Of a DNA stretch of 64,000 nucleotides, positions 1-8,650 are shown one piece after another. The stretch lies in the NCBI RefSeq assembly GCF_964204645.1, contig NC_134034.1, positions 1 to 64,000 on the forward strand. The letters are read 5' to 3'. The DNA comes from Tubulanus polymorphus (Eukaryota > Animalia > Nemertea). Made by a program: the position numbers and the translations under genes. The stretch's first letter is position 1. Each line of letters opens with the position of its first letter. The notes under the pieces are model-generated. The model searched no databases. It saw nothing but the letters and a program-made list of their open reading frames with translations, and was not told the DNA's origin.

Positions 1-1328
1 ACCCTAACCCTAACCCTAACCCTAACCCTAACCCTAACCCTAACCCTAACCCTAACCCTAACCCTAACCCTAACCCTAACCCTAACCCTAACCCTAACCC
101 TAACCCTAACCTAACCCTAACCCTAACCCTAACCCTAACCCTAACCCTAACCCTAACCCTAACCCTAACCTACCCTAACCCTAACCCTAACCCTAACCCT
201 AACCCTAACCCTAACCCTAACCCTAACCCTAACCCTAACCCTAACCCTAACCCTAACCCTAACCCTAACCCTAACCCTAACCCTAACCCTAACCCTAACC
301 CTAACCCTAACCCTAACCCTAACCCTAACCCTAACCCTAACCCTAACCCTAACCCTAACCCTAACCCTAACCCTAACCCTAACCCTAACCCTAACCCTAA
401 CCCTAACCCTAACCCTAACCCTAACCCTAACCCTAACCCTAACCCTAACCCTAACCCTAACCCTAACCCTAACCCTAACCCTAACCCTAACCCTAACCCT
501 AACCCTAACCCTAACCCTAACCCTAACCCTAACCCTAACCCTAACCCTAACCCTAACCCTAACCCTAACCCTAACCCTAACCCTAACCCTAACCCTAACC
601 CTAACCCTAACCCTAACCCTAACCCTAACCCTAACCCTAACCCTAACCCTAACCCTAACCCTAACCCTAACCCTAACCCTAACCCTAACCCTAACCCTAA
701 CCCTAACCCTAACCCTAACCCTAACCCTAACCCTAACCCTAACCCTAACCCTAACCCTAACCCTAACCCTAACCCTAACCCTAACCCTAACCCTAACCCT
801 AACCCTAACCCTAACCCTAACCCTAACCCTAACCCTAACCCTAACCCTAACCCTAACCCTAACCCTAACCCTAACCCTAACCCTAACCCTAACCCTAACC
901 CTAACCCTAACCCTAACCCTAACCCTAACCCTAACCCTAACCCTAACCCTAACCCTAACCCTAACCCTAACCCTAACCCTAACCCTAACCCTAACCCTAA
1001 CCCTAACCCTAACCCTAACCCTAACCCTAACCCTAACCCTAACCCTAACCCTAACCCTAACCCTAACCCTAACCCTAACCCTAACCCTAACCCTAACCCT
1101 AACCCTAACCCTAACCCTAACCCTAACCTAACCCTAACCCTAACCCTAACCCTAACCCTAACCCTAACCCTAACCCTAACCCTAACCCTAACCCTAACCC
1201 TAACCCTAACCCTAACCCTAACCCTAACCCTAACCCTAACCCTAACCCTAACCCTAACCCTAACCCTAACCCTAACCCTAACCCTAACCCTAACCCTAAC
1301 CTTAACCCTAACCCTAACCCTAACCCTA
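1..1328. repeat. Terminal telomeric array (CCCTAA)n, left chromosome end
   Basis: ~220 CCCTAA units from base 1, with a few single-base variants (~110, ~170, ~1123, ~1300). Confidence 0.99.
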
Positions 1329-1420
1329 GGTCGCGCAATTAATTGTGCTGCGGATCGCGTGCATTTTGTTGTGGCTGCGGCAAACGGTTGTTTCTCGGAC
1401 GAGTGGACACGTACGACATC
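1329..1420 (-). mobile_element. Inverted 92-bp fragment of PLE ORF2 (Cys-linker region) capping copy 1
   Basis: Reverse complement of 7330-7421, joined to the pLTR via a duplicated GTACGA. Confidence 0.93.
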
Positions 1421-1768
1421 GTACGACCCGTGCACTAGTGGGGTCTCCAAACCTTCGGTTTGGTCCCCTAACCTCTATCTCTAAACCTAACCTTAGCCCG
1501 TGCCAGGTTTCCCTCGTAAATTATCTTAACTGATTAATTATTAATCATCAATCTTTTTGCAGAATCATCCTCCGTCGCCTGAAGCAGAAACCCGCTCAGA
1601 GACAGAGTACAAAACAAACTCCAAGATCACAAGCTCCACAGGAATCATCAACCTTTTATCTTTTAATTAGTTCTCTCTGCTTTACTTTGAAAACTCAATC
1701 GAAATTCAGTAAGTAAGAAGACAGACCAAATATCAGAAACAGTTAGAAAAATAAACAAAAGCGCGATA

Positions 1769-2320
1769 TCGGGAACCGAACCCTAACCGCTAGTACAGAC
1801 TGGTTGCCTGTCCCAGGACGATAGAAACCGGTAACCAGTCCACCGCTATTATCTATTTCGAAAATATGCGCCAGCACTGAGATTATATCATAGAAACACC
1901 CGAAAAGTATTAATTAATCTATTATAAATTTAGAAAGAAAGGGAATCTAGAATAGGTAAGAATATACTCAATTACTAAAACGGCGCGCCTGATCGGGACT
2001 CGAACCCGCGGCACCCGAATTAAGCTCCGGAGAATACTCGGGAACCGTACCCGCCGCTCCGAAATTAACCGCTAGTACTGACGGGTTGCCGGTGCCCCGC
2101 GTTAGATACCGGTAACCAGTCCACCGCTCTTATTTATTTTGAAAATATGCGTCGGCACTAAGATTATATCGTAGAAACATCTGAAAAGTACTATTGTATC
2201 CGTCAAAGATTCAGAATTAAAAGGAATCCAGAATAGGTAAAAAACATTTAGAATAGAACTATTCAATTACTAAACGGCGCCTGGTCGGGACTCGAACCCG
2301 CGGCACCCTAATTAACCTCC
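1769..2320. repeat. Diverged internal tandem duplication (~270-290 bp x2) in the PLE leader, each copy with a minus-strand Pol III B-box
   Basis: ~1769-2029 aligns with ~2039-2320; GGGACTCGAACCC (reverse complement GGGTTCGAGTCCC) at 1995-2007 and 2287-2299. Confidence 0.8.
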
Positions 2321-3461
2321 GTTTAATCTATAACGTTCGGTCGGGGACCTAACCCGCCACGTCCTAATTAACTATTATCGTATCTACGCGCCAACTCTTG
2401 GAACATACTCTATATAGATCCGGGTGTCAAGTTTCAAATTTCTCTAAAACAGACAGGTTATTTTCGGATAACAATTCTAATGAGATCGCTCAAAAGTATT
2501 AGTAGCTATATTCAAAAACCGCACTATAGGTTGTAGAAGTATAAGAAGTTTATAGGATAAATAATAGTCCACGGACATCAATCACTGTTCACAAGTCACT
2601 CATAATTAGTGACCGATCGGCCACCTGCGCCTCTTGACTAATTATCCGACTCAATTCTATACAAAATCGCAGTTACGACGCCTTCAAACTCATCAGTTTT
2701 TTTCAAAGAACACAGCCCAATATTCCCGATTCTAAAAGAGTTTTATATCACGTATATATTTCAACCTTCGGATTAAAGAAGAGATCATAGTGTTTTTGAA
2801 CCACTCAAACTACGCAAGCTTAAACCGATTTACTGAATACCCGCGCTCCGGTCTGAATATATTTGTCACATATTCAAGTTCACATAGCTTTACTCGATCA
2901 TAATAACTCTAAATAAGCGTAGTTTATCTAATAGAATTATATTTAAGAACTTAGAATTAAAACAGACGTATCAGTAAGACATTTCTATCAAAACTCGTCA
3001 CCCATAATTAGGGCTAATTAACCACCCGCGCTCACTCAGTAATTTAGATCTTACGGGTATAACTTCCTACTAAATCGCCGACGCCGCGCTGTCTAATTCA
3101 TCCAATCTTCGGTAGAATACCGCGTAGATATTTCAAAATCCGCTCTTAAAAGCTTTTGAATACGGAGAAAACTTGATTAACTAAGAACCGGATTTCACCA
3201 TTTACGACTATTTAGTAAACACGCGTATATCGGAATACGCCTCGGCCGCGCACCGCTAATTAACGCGTCTAAACTAATTAGGAATTAAGCAATTTTGAAA
3301 CTGAACTCGGACATATTTCGAACATTCCGGTTCACGTATATTAATAATACATATTCTAGATTTCTCTTTATAGAAAACACTCTGAGTATTTATTAGGTTA
3401 TATCGAAATAAACTTTTCAATTCTATATTAGACACGCCGTTCTTTAGATCTTTAGAACTAT

Positions 3462-3700
3462 ACATCAAAGCAAACTATTCAACAGCTAGATCAAGGGCCA
3501 TAATTAGTGCTGTTTTCTAGTCACTCTGGATCAAAGGCATAATTAGTCAGACCCCTAGTTTGTCTATTAGCTTGATCACAGAAGTACAATTAGTCTAGAT
3601 CACAAGGTCTCATATGGTCACTTAACTTCTCACTCAAATACTGTTCACTTGTTGCGCGCTGCGTGTATAAAAACCCGTGTCTAATCCTAGTTCAGCATGA
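3462..3700 (+). promoter_or_regulatory. Putative PLE Pol II promoter: TATA box (3666-3673), Inr-like TCAGCA, upstream repeated GATCA..AATTAGT modules
   Basis: TATAAAAA ~30 nt upstream of 3694-3698; the 5' end of copy 6 maps to 3698; conserved in copies 2-5. Confidence 0.65.
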
Positions 3701-5253
3701 TTCCTGCACTGACACTGACGAAGGCAACCTCGCCGAAATATCTGTCAATGGAGCGATCTACTCGAAAGAAGAAACGACCACCAGCTGAGAAGACCAGCAA
3801 GGGCGGAGGACGCCCTGAGCGACACCAGCAACCCGGAATGTCGCCGAAAAATTACTATAGAGCTCTTCAAGTGGCGCACCACCTTGCCCAGTTGAGCTCT
3901 GGTCCGAAAGCGATTCGGAGGAAGAAGGACCATCTGAAGATGTTCCTGCGGCCGGCGGCTTGCACCGAAGCAGTAACGGTGCAGCTGCACGCTGCCGCGG
4001 ACGTCTGGATGGAGACAGTTTCGAAAGAGCTGACCATCCATTACGCTGCCACATTTGTTCAGCTAATGGGTGATCCTCTGCCGGACTGTCTATCAGCACA
4101 GGATGTCGCCCTGACATGGGCCCGGAGGAATTTCGGCTCCCGTCTGAGCCCCGGAACGATCCGGCTTTTCAACATCGCGCTGGATTTGCGGTCGAAATTC
4201 CGCGGTCAGGCTCTGTCTGACAAACTCAGAAATGTCCTATCTAACCCACCTTCTTCCCCTTCTCATTTCAGGTCACACCACCAGGAGGCACCACCGGAGC
4301 CGAAGATTCGTCCGCCGCCGAGACCGAGCCGGAAGATTCGAAAGCCCGCGACGCCGAGGACGCCTGCACCAACCGCAGCCGCGCCCGCCGCGCCCACAGC
4401 GCCTCCTTCTTTTTCTGATTCCAGGTCACCGAGAAGCTACGCGGATGTCACCAGGACGCCACCAACCAAAATGGCGCCACCACCGAGAAGTCCGATGCCG
4501 ACGCCGCCGCCGCCACCAAGAAGTCCGACGCCACCGAGAAGTCCGACGCCGCCGCCTCGAAACCCGACGCCGCCGCCGCAGAGAACGCCGACCGCACCAA
4601 CCAGCAGTCCGACGCCGTCTCTCTGTTCTTCTCTTTCCAGCTCTCCGTCTCATTACAGGTCACCAGGGCGCCTACTGCCAGCGCGAAGTCCGACGCCAAC
4701 ACCGAGACCGATGGCGCCCCAGGAAGTTCGCCGTCATCCGAATACGGGTCGGAAGAAACAGGATTGGAGTCTGCCACCAACCCGGCGACCCATTCTGGTG
4801 ATTGGTGACTCAAATCTGAGTAACATCACATCAAGCCGCCGTCCGGATGACGTCCAGATCGAGAGCTTCCCCGGCTGCAAGATAGCTCATCTCGCCGACC
4901 TGATCGATGCTGTACCGGAGCGCCGAGATCGCCCGGACACGGTGATCATCAGCGTCGGAATCAACAACCGCGACAACAACTTCGAAGCGACCGCCAAGAA
5001 GACCACACAGCGCCTGATCAACGCCGCAGTCAAGAAGTATCAGCACTCGTTCGTCCACTTCGTTCAACTCAACACGACCCGCGAACACCAGCAGTTCGCC
5101 CGGAAGTTCAACGAATTCCTCGAGATTCACGACGACGTCACCGCGATACCACCCATCGATGATCGACGCTTCAGAGTTGTTGGAGACGGGATCCACTGGA
5201 ACCGTGGTACAGCTAACACCCTGCTGGACCACTGGCTCAGTGGTTTAAACTAA
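3697..5253 (+). CDS. PLE ORF1: basic N-terminus, Pro-rich RSPTPP linker, C-terminal SGNH/GDSL esterase domain
   Basis: Blocks IGDSN, FPG, VGINN and DGIH; true start may be ATG 3748 (MERSTRKKKR) just after the ribozyme. Confidence 0.9.
   Translation: MIPALTLTKATSPKYLSMERSTRKKKRPPAEKTSKGGGRPERHQQPGMSPKNYYRALQVAHHLAQLSSGPKAIRRKKDHLKMFLRPAACTEAVTVQLHAAADVWMETVSKELTIHYAATFVQLMGDPLPDCLSAQDVALTWARRNFGSRLSPGTIRLFNIALDLRSKFRGQALSDKLRNVLSNPPSSPSHFRSHHQEAPPEPKIRPPPRPSRKIRKPATPRTPAPTAAAPAAPTAPPSFSDSRSPRSYADVTRTPPTKMAPPPRSPMPTPPPPPRSPTPPRSPTPPPRNPTPPPQRTPTAPTSSPTPSLCSSLSSSPSHYRSPGRLLPARSPTPTPRPMAPQEVRRHPNTGRKKQDWSLPPTRRPILVIGDSNLSNITSSRRPDDVQIESFPGCKIAHLADLIDAVPERRDRPDTVIISVGINNRDNNFEATAKKTTQRLINAAVKKYQHSFVHFVQLNTTREHQQFARKFNEFLEIHDDVTAIPPIDDRRFRVVGDGIHWNRGTANTLLDHWLSGLN
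3710..3747 (+). ncRNA. Minimal type I hammerhead ribozyme (copy 1)
   Basis: Stem I TGACA/TGTCA, core CTGACGA(A), stem II GGC-AACCTC-GCC, GAAA, palindromic ATAT in place of stem III, predicted cut after ATC at 3742; typical PLE minimal hammerhead. Confidence 0.88.
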
Positions 5254-5285
5254 GTATTAGTGAGACCAACGGGTCCACTATTGGT
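5244..5285 (+). promoter_or_regulatory. Putative -1 programmed ribosomal frameshift signal joining ORF1 to ORF2
   Basis: T_TTA_AAC immediately before the ORF1 stop, 7-nt spacer, stem TAGTG(A)GACC/GGTCCACTA; the -1 frame is open from 5217 into the RT. Confidence 0.82.
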
Positions 5286-5408
5286 GAGTTAAATCAACCG
5301 GAATTAACCAATGCTTCTCTGATTTCTTCCATTTCCAGGTCCGACGAACACGAAGAACCGGCACCGAACCAAGCGCGACGCGATCCGGTCACCGCTCTCG
5401 GGAGCCCG

Positions 5409-7709
5409 GTGGTCAACCTCACACGTTCACTCCGCCTAAGTCCGGCGCAACATCAGCTACTCCGAAAGGGCCTCACTTATTGCCCGACTCCAAAAATCGG
5501 TTCTGATGCCGCCGCGACCGAGCGCACCAAGGGAGTGTGCCGATTCAACCGGCTAGTGAAACTCGACCATCACTTCCGTGACAAACCGGACCGCGAGGCT
5601 CCGCGTTTCCGTCTGCCCAGCAGTTGGGCTCCGGATGAAATAGAACCAGTAATCGCCGGGTTCTGCAACGACGCGCACGAATTGGCTCAACAAACCAGGG
5701 ATACGCGTCGCGTAAATGATAACCTCACTAAACAGGAACGCGAAGCCCTCCAGCAGCTGCGTGACAACACTAATATTGTCATCAAAGCCGCCGATAAGGG
5801 TTCCGCTACGGTTATCATGGACCGCGACGACTACGTCCACGAAGCCATGCGCCAACTAGCCGATCTCGAGTATTATCAGCCGCTGCAGCAACCGATCTTC
5901 GAACAGACCGGGGAAGAAATTCGCGAAATCATCGAAAATATGGCTCGACGAAAAATCATCCCGCTAAAAACCGCCGAATATCTATTACCGCCCGATAATC
6001 CGAAACAGAGGCAGTTCTATCTGCTTCCCAAAATCCATAAAGAACGCGAGAAGTGGACGGTACCCGATCGCGTACCGCCGGGGAGACCGATCGTCTCCGA
6101 CTGCGGCTCCGAAACCTACGAAATTTCGGAATGGATCGACTACTATTTGCAGCCGATCGCCCGCGGTCACCCGTCGTACGTCAAAGATACCAACCACTTT
6201 CTAGATATTTTGGCCGGTAAACAATTTAGCGCCGATGCGTTACTCGTCACCATGGACATCGATTCGCTCTACACCAACATCCCCCACGAAGAGGGTATCG
6301 CCAGCATCCGACAAGCTCTCCGAGATAACCCGAACCCGGGACGCCCGGATGCCGAGCTGCTGAAACTACTCGAAATCAGCCTGAAGAAAAATGACTTTAA
6401 CTTTAACGAAAACACATATTTACAGGTAAAAGGTACCGCAATGGGTAAGCGTTTTGCTCCTTCTTATGCCAATATCTTTGTAGCCGAATGGGAAAAAGAA
6501 GGTCTGTCCAGAAGCGAACTCCAACCATCGCTATACGCTCGGTTCATCGACGACATCTACGTAGTTTGGGAACACGGCCGCGAAACGTTGATGCAATTCA
6601 TCGACGTCCTACAAACAGTGAGCCGATCCATCAAACTCAAGTTCGAAATCAGCGACACCAGCGTCAACTTCCTGGACGTAACCACTTTCAAAGGCCCGCG
6701 ATTCGAGACAAGTGGCACAGTAGACACCAAAGTCTACTTCAAACCAACCGATTCGCATCAATTACTACATCGATCCTCGTTTCACCCTAAACACACATTT
6801 TCCGGTATAGTTAAAAGTCAAATTCTCCGGTTCCGGCGCATCTGCAATAACGATTCGGACTTACACGCAGCGTCCGGAACCGTCCTTAAAGTACTCAGAG
6901 GTCGTGGCTACAAAGACCGCGAACTGCGACACATCAAAAGCCAAGCTCTACGGCACCACGCCGAACGAGATCTACGAGAACAACAACGGGCCGACGAAGC
7001 GCCGAAAAAGCGTTTACCGCTTATCTTACCTCACTCCGAAGCCAACCGAACCCTAGCCCGTAACATCCGAACCAGATTTACGGAACTGGCTACGGCCACC
7101 GGCCGGTCTGACGAGGTAACCACGGTCACCGCCTACACCAAGCACAAGAGTCTCAAAGATCTCCTAACTTCGTCGCAGCTCAAACCCACGGAGCCACCCC
7201 CTCCCCGAGTCCCCTCTTCACCGCATCGTAACAGAAATACTTCCGTTGTTTCCAATTCTTCTATTTCCAGGTCTACTCAAAGAACTCCGTCAACCCGACG
7301 TCGAGGCACCGAGAAATGCAGAACACCGAGATGTCGTACGTGTCCACTCGTCCGAGAAACAACCGTTTGCCGCAGCCACAACAAAATGCACGCGATCCGC
7401 AGCACAATTAATTGCGCGACCCGTGAAATTGTATACTGCATCGAATGCACCAAGTGCAACATGCTGTACGTCGGCCAAACCGGAATGTCTCTACGAGAAC
7501 GCGTCACTCATCACGTCTCACGCATCAGAACGAAGAATTCGACTCCAGTCTCGGACCACTTCAACCAAGTCGACCACACCCGCGAACACTTTCGGGTGTA
7601 CGGTCTCCAACACCTACCAGGCTCCACGAGACCGATCCGCGAAGCAGCCGAACAAGACTGGATACGACGACTCGACACGAACACGCCCCGAGGCATGAAC
7701 GTCCCGTAG
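5409..7709 (+). CDS. PLE ORF2: reverse transcriptase + Cys linker + GIY-YIG endonuclease (no AUG at its start; frame open from 5217)
   Basis: ADKG, DIDSLYTNI, GTAMG, RFIDD, FLDV; CxxxxCxxC linker; IVY..C..C..YVGQT..R..H..H..E..N. Confidence 0.97.
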   Translation: MVNLTRSLRLSPAQHQLLRKGLTYCPTPKIGSDAAATERTKGVCRFNRLVKLDHHFRDKPDREAPRFRLPSSWAPDEIEPVIAGFCNDAHELAQQTRDTRRVNDNLTKQEREALQQLRDNTNIVIKAADKGSATVIMDRDDYVHEAMRQLADLEYYQPLQQPIFEQTGEEIREIIENMARRKIIPLKTAEYLLPPDNPKQRQFYLLPKIHKEREKWTVPDRVPPGRPIVSDCGSETYEISEWIDYYLQPIARGHPSYVKDTNHFLDILAGKQFSADALLVTMDIDSLYTNIPHEEGIASIRQALRDNPNPGRPDAELLKLLEISLKKNDFNFNENTYLQVKGTAMGKRFAPSYANIFVAEWEKEGLSRSELQPSLYARFIDDIYVVWEHGRETLMQFIDVLQTVSRSIKLKFEISDTSVNFLDVTTFKGPRFETSGTVDTKVYFKPTDSHQLLHRSSFHPKHTFSGIVKSQILRFRRICNNDSDLHAASGTVLKVLRGRGYKDRELRHIKSQALRHHAERDLREQQRADEAPKKRLPLILPHSEANRTLARNIRTRFTELATATGRSDEVTTVTAYTKHKSLKDLLTSSQLKPTEPPPPRVPSSPHRNRNTSVVSNSSISRSTQRTPSTRRRGTEKCRTPRCRTCPLVRETTVCRSHNKMHAIRSTINCATREIVYCIECTKCNMLYVGQTGMSLRERVTHHVSRIRTKNSTPVSDHFNQVDHTREHFRVYGLQHLPGSTRPIREAAEQDWIRRLDTNTPRGMNVP

Positions 7710-8650
7710 ACCGCCTCACTACAACAATTAACTCTCACTACTTTTTTACAGGGATAACCCGCTGCCCGTGCACTAGTGGGGTCTCCAAACCTTCGGTTTG
7801 GTCCCCCAACCTCTATCTCTAAACCTAACCCTAACCCTAACCCTACTCGATCCTAATAACTCTAAATAAGCGTAGTTTATCTAATAGAATTATATTTAAG
7901 AACTTAGAATTAAAACAGACGTATTAGTAAGACATTTCTATCAAAACTCGTCACCCATAATTAGGGCTAATTAACCACCCGCGCTCACTCAGTAATTTAG
8001 ATCTTACGGGTTATAACTTCCTACTAAATCGCCGACGCCGCGCTGTCTAATTCATCCAATTTTCGGTAGAATACCGCGTAGATATTTCAAAATCCGCTCT
8101 TAAAAGCTTTAGAATACGGAGAAAACTTGATTAACTAAGAACCGGATTTCACCATTTACGACTATTTAGTAAACACGCGTTTATCGGAATACGCCTCGGC
8201 CGCGCACCGCTAATTAACGCGCCTAAACTAATTAGGAATTAAGCAATTTTGAAACTGAACTCGGACATATTTCGAACATTCCGGTTCACGTATATTAATA
8301 ATACATATTCTAGATTTCTCTTTATAGAAAACACTTTGAGTATTTATTAGGTTATATCGAAATAAACTTTTCAATTCTATATTAGACACGCCGTTCTTTA
8401 GATCTTTAGAACTATACATCAAAGCAAACTATTCAACAGCTAGATCAAGGGCCATAATTAGTGCTGTTTTCTAGTCACTCTGGATCAAAGGCATAATTAG
8501 TCAGACCCCTAGTTTGTCTATTAGCTTGATCACAGAAGTACAATTAGTCTAGATCACAAGGTCTCATATGGTCACTTAACTTCTAACTCGAATACTGTTC
8601 ACTTGTTGCGCGCTGCGTGTATAAAAACCCGTGTCTAATCCTAGTTCAGC

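Larger units (their letters stand above)
1427..7830 (+). mobile_element. Penelope-like element copy 1, longer than one unit (6338-bp unit with pLTR-like terminal redundancy)
   Basis: 1427-1492 repeats 7765-7830 and then continues into native element sequence (CCTAACCTTAGCCCGTGCCAGG); contains intact ORF1 and ORF2. Confidence 0.95.

Noticed and set aside
170-1450. 426-aa VR/LG repeat ORF (also 1123-1338 and 15936-16136)
   Set aside because: Translation of telomeric repeats.
1506-1530. HDV-like ribozyme (TTT-CCCTCGT-AAA; also CCT-TCCGAC-AGG in family A)
   Set aside because: Could not build P1, P2 and J4/2 by eye.
4232-4801. Arg-rich overlapping ORF and antisense ORFs inside ORF1/ORF2
   Set aside because: Expected by-products of GC-rich CCG repeats; they recur only because the element copies are near-identical.
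5284-5338. 55-nt GT-AG intron joining ORF1 to ORF2
   Set aside because: Lies after the ORF1 stop and its removal does not restore the ORF2 frame.
5409-7709. Telomerase (TERT) or LINE-type telomeric element (TRAS/SART/TART)
   Set aside because: Has PLE-type RT motifs with a C-terminal GIY-YIG; no APE domain, poly(A) tail or TERT T-motif.
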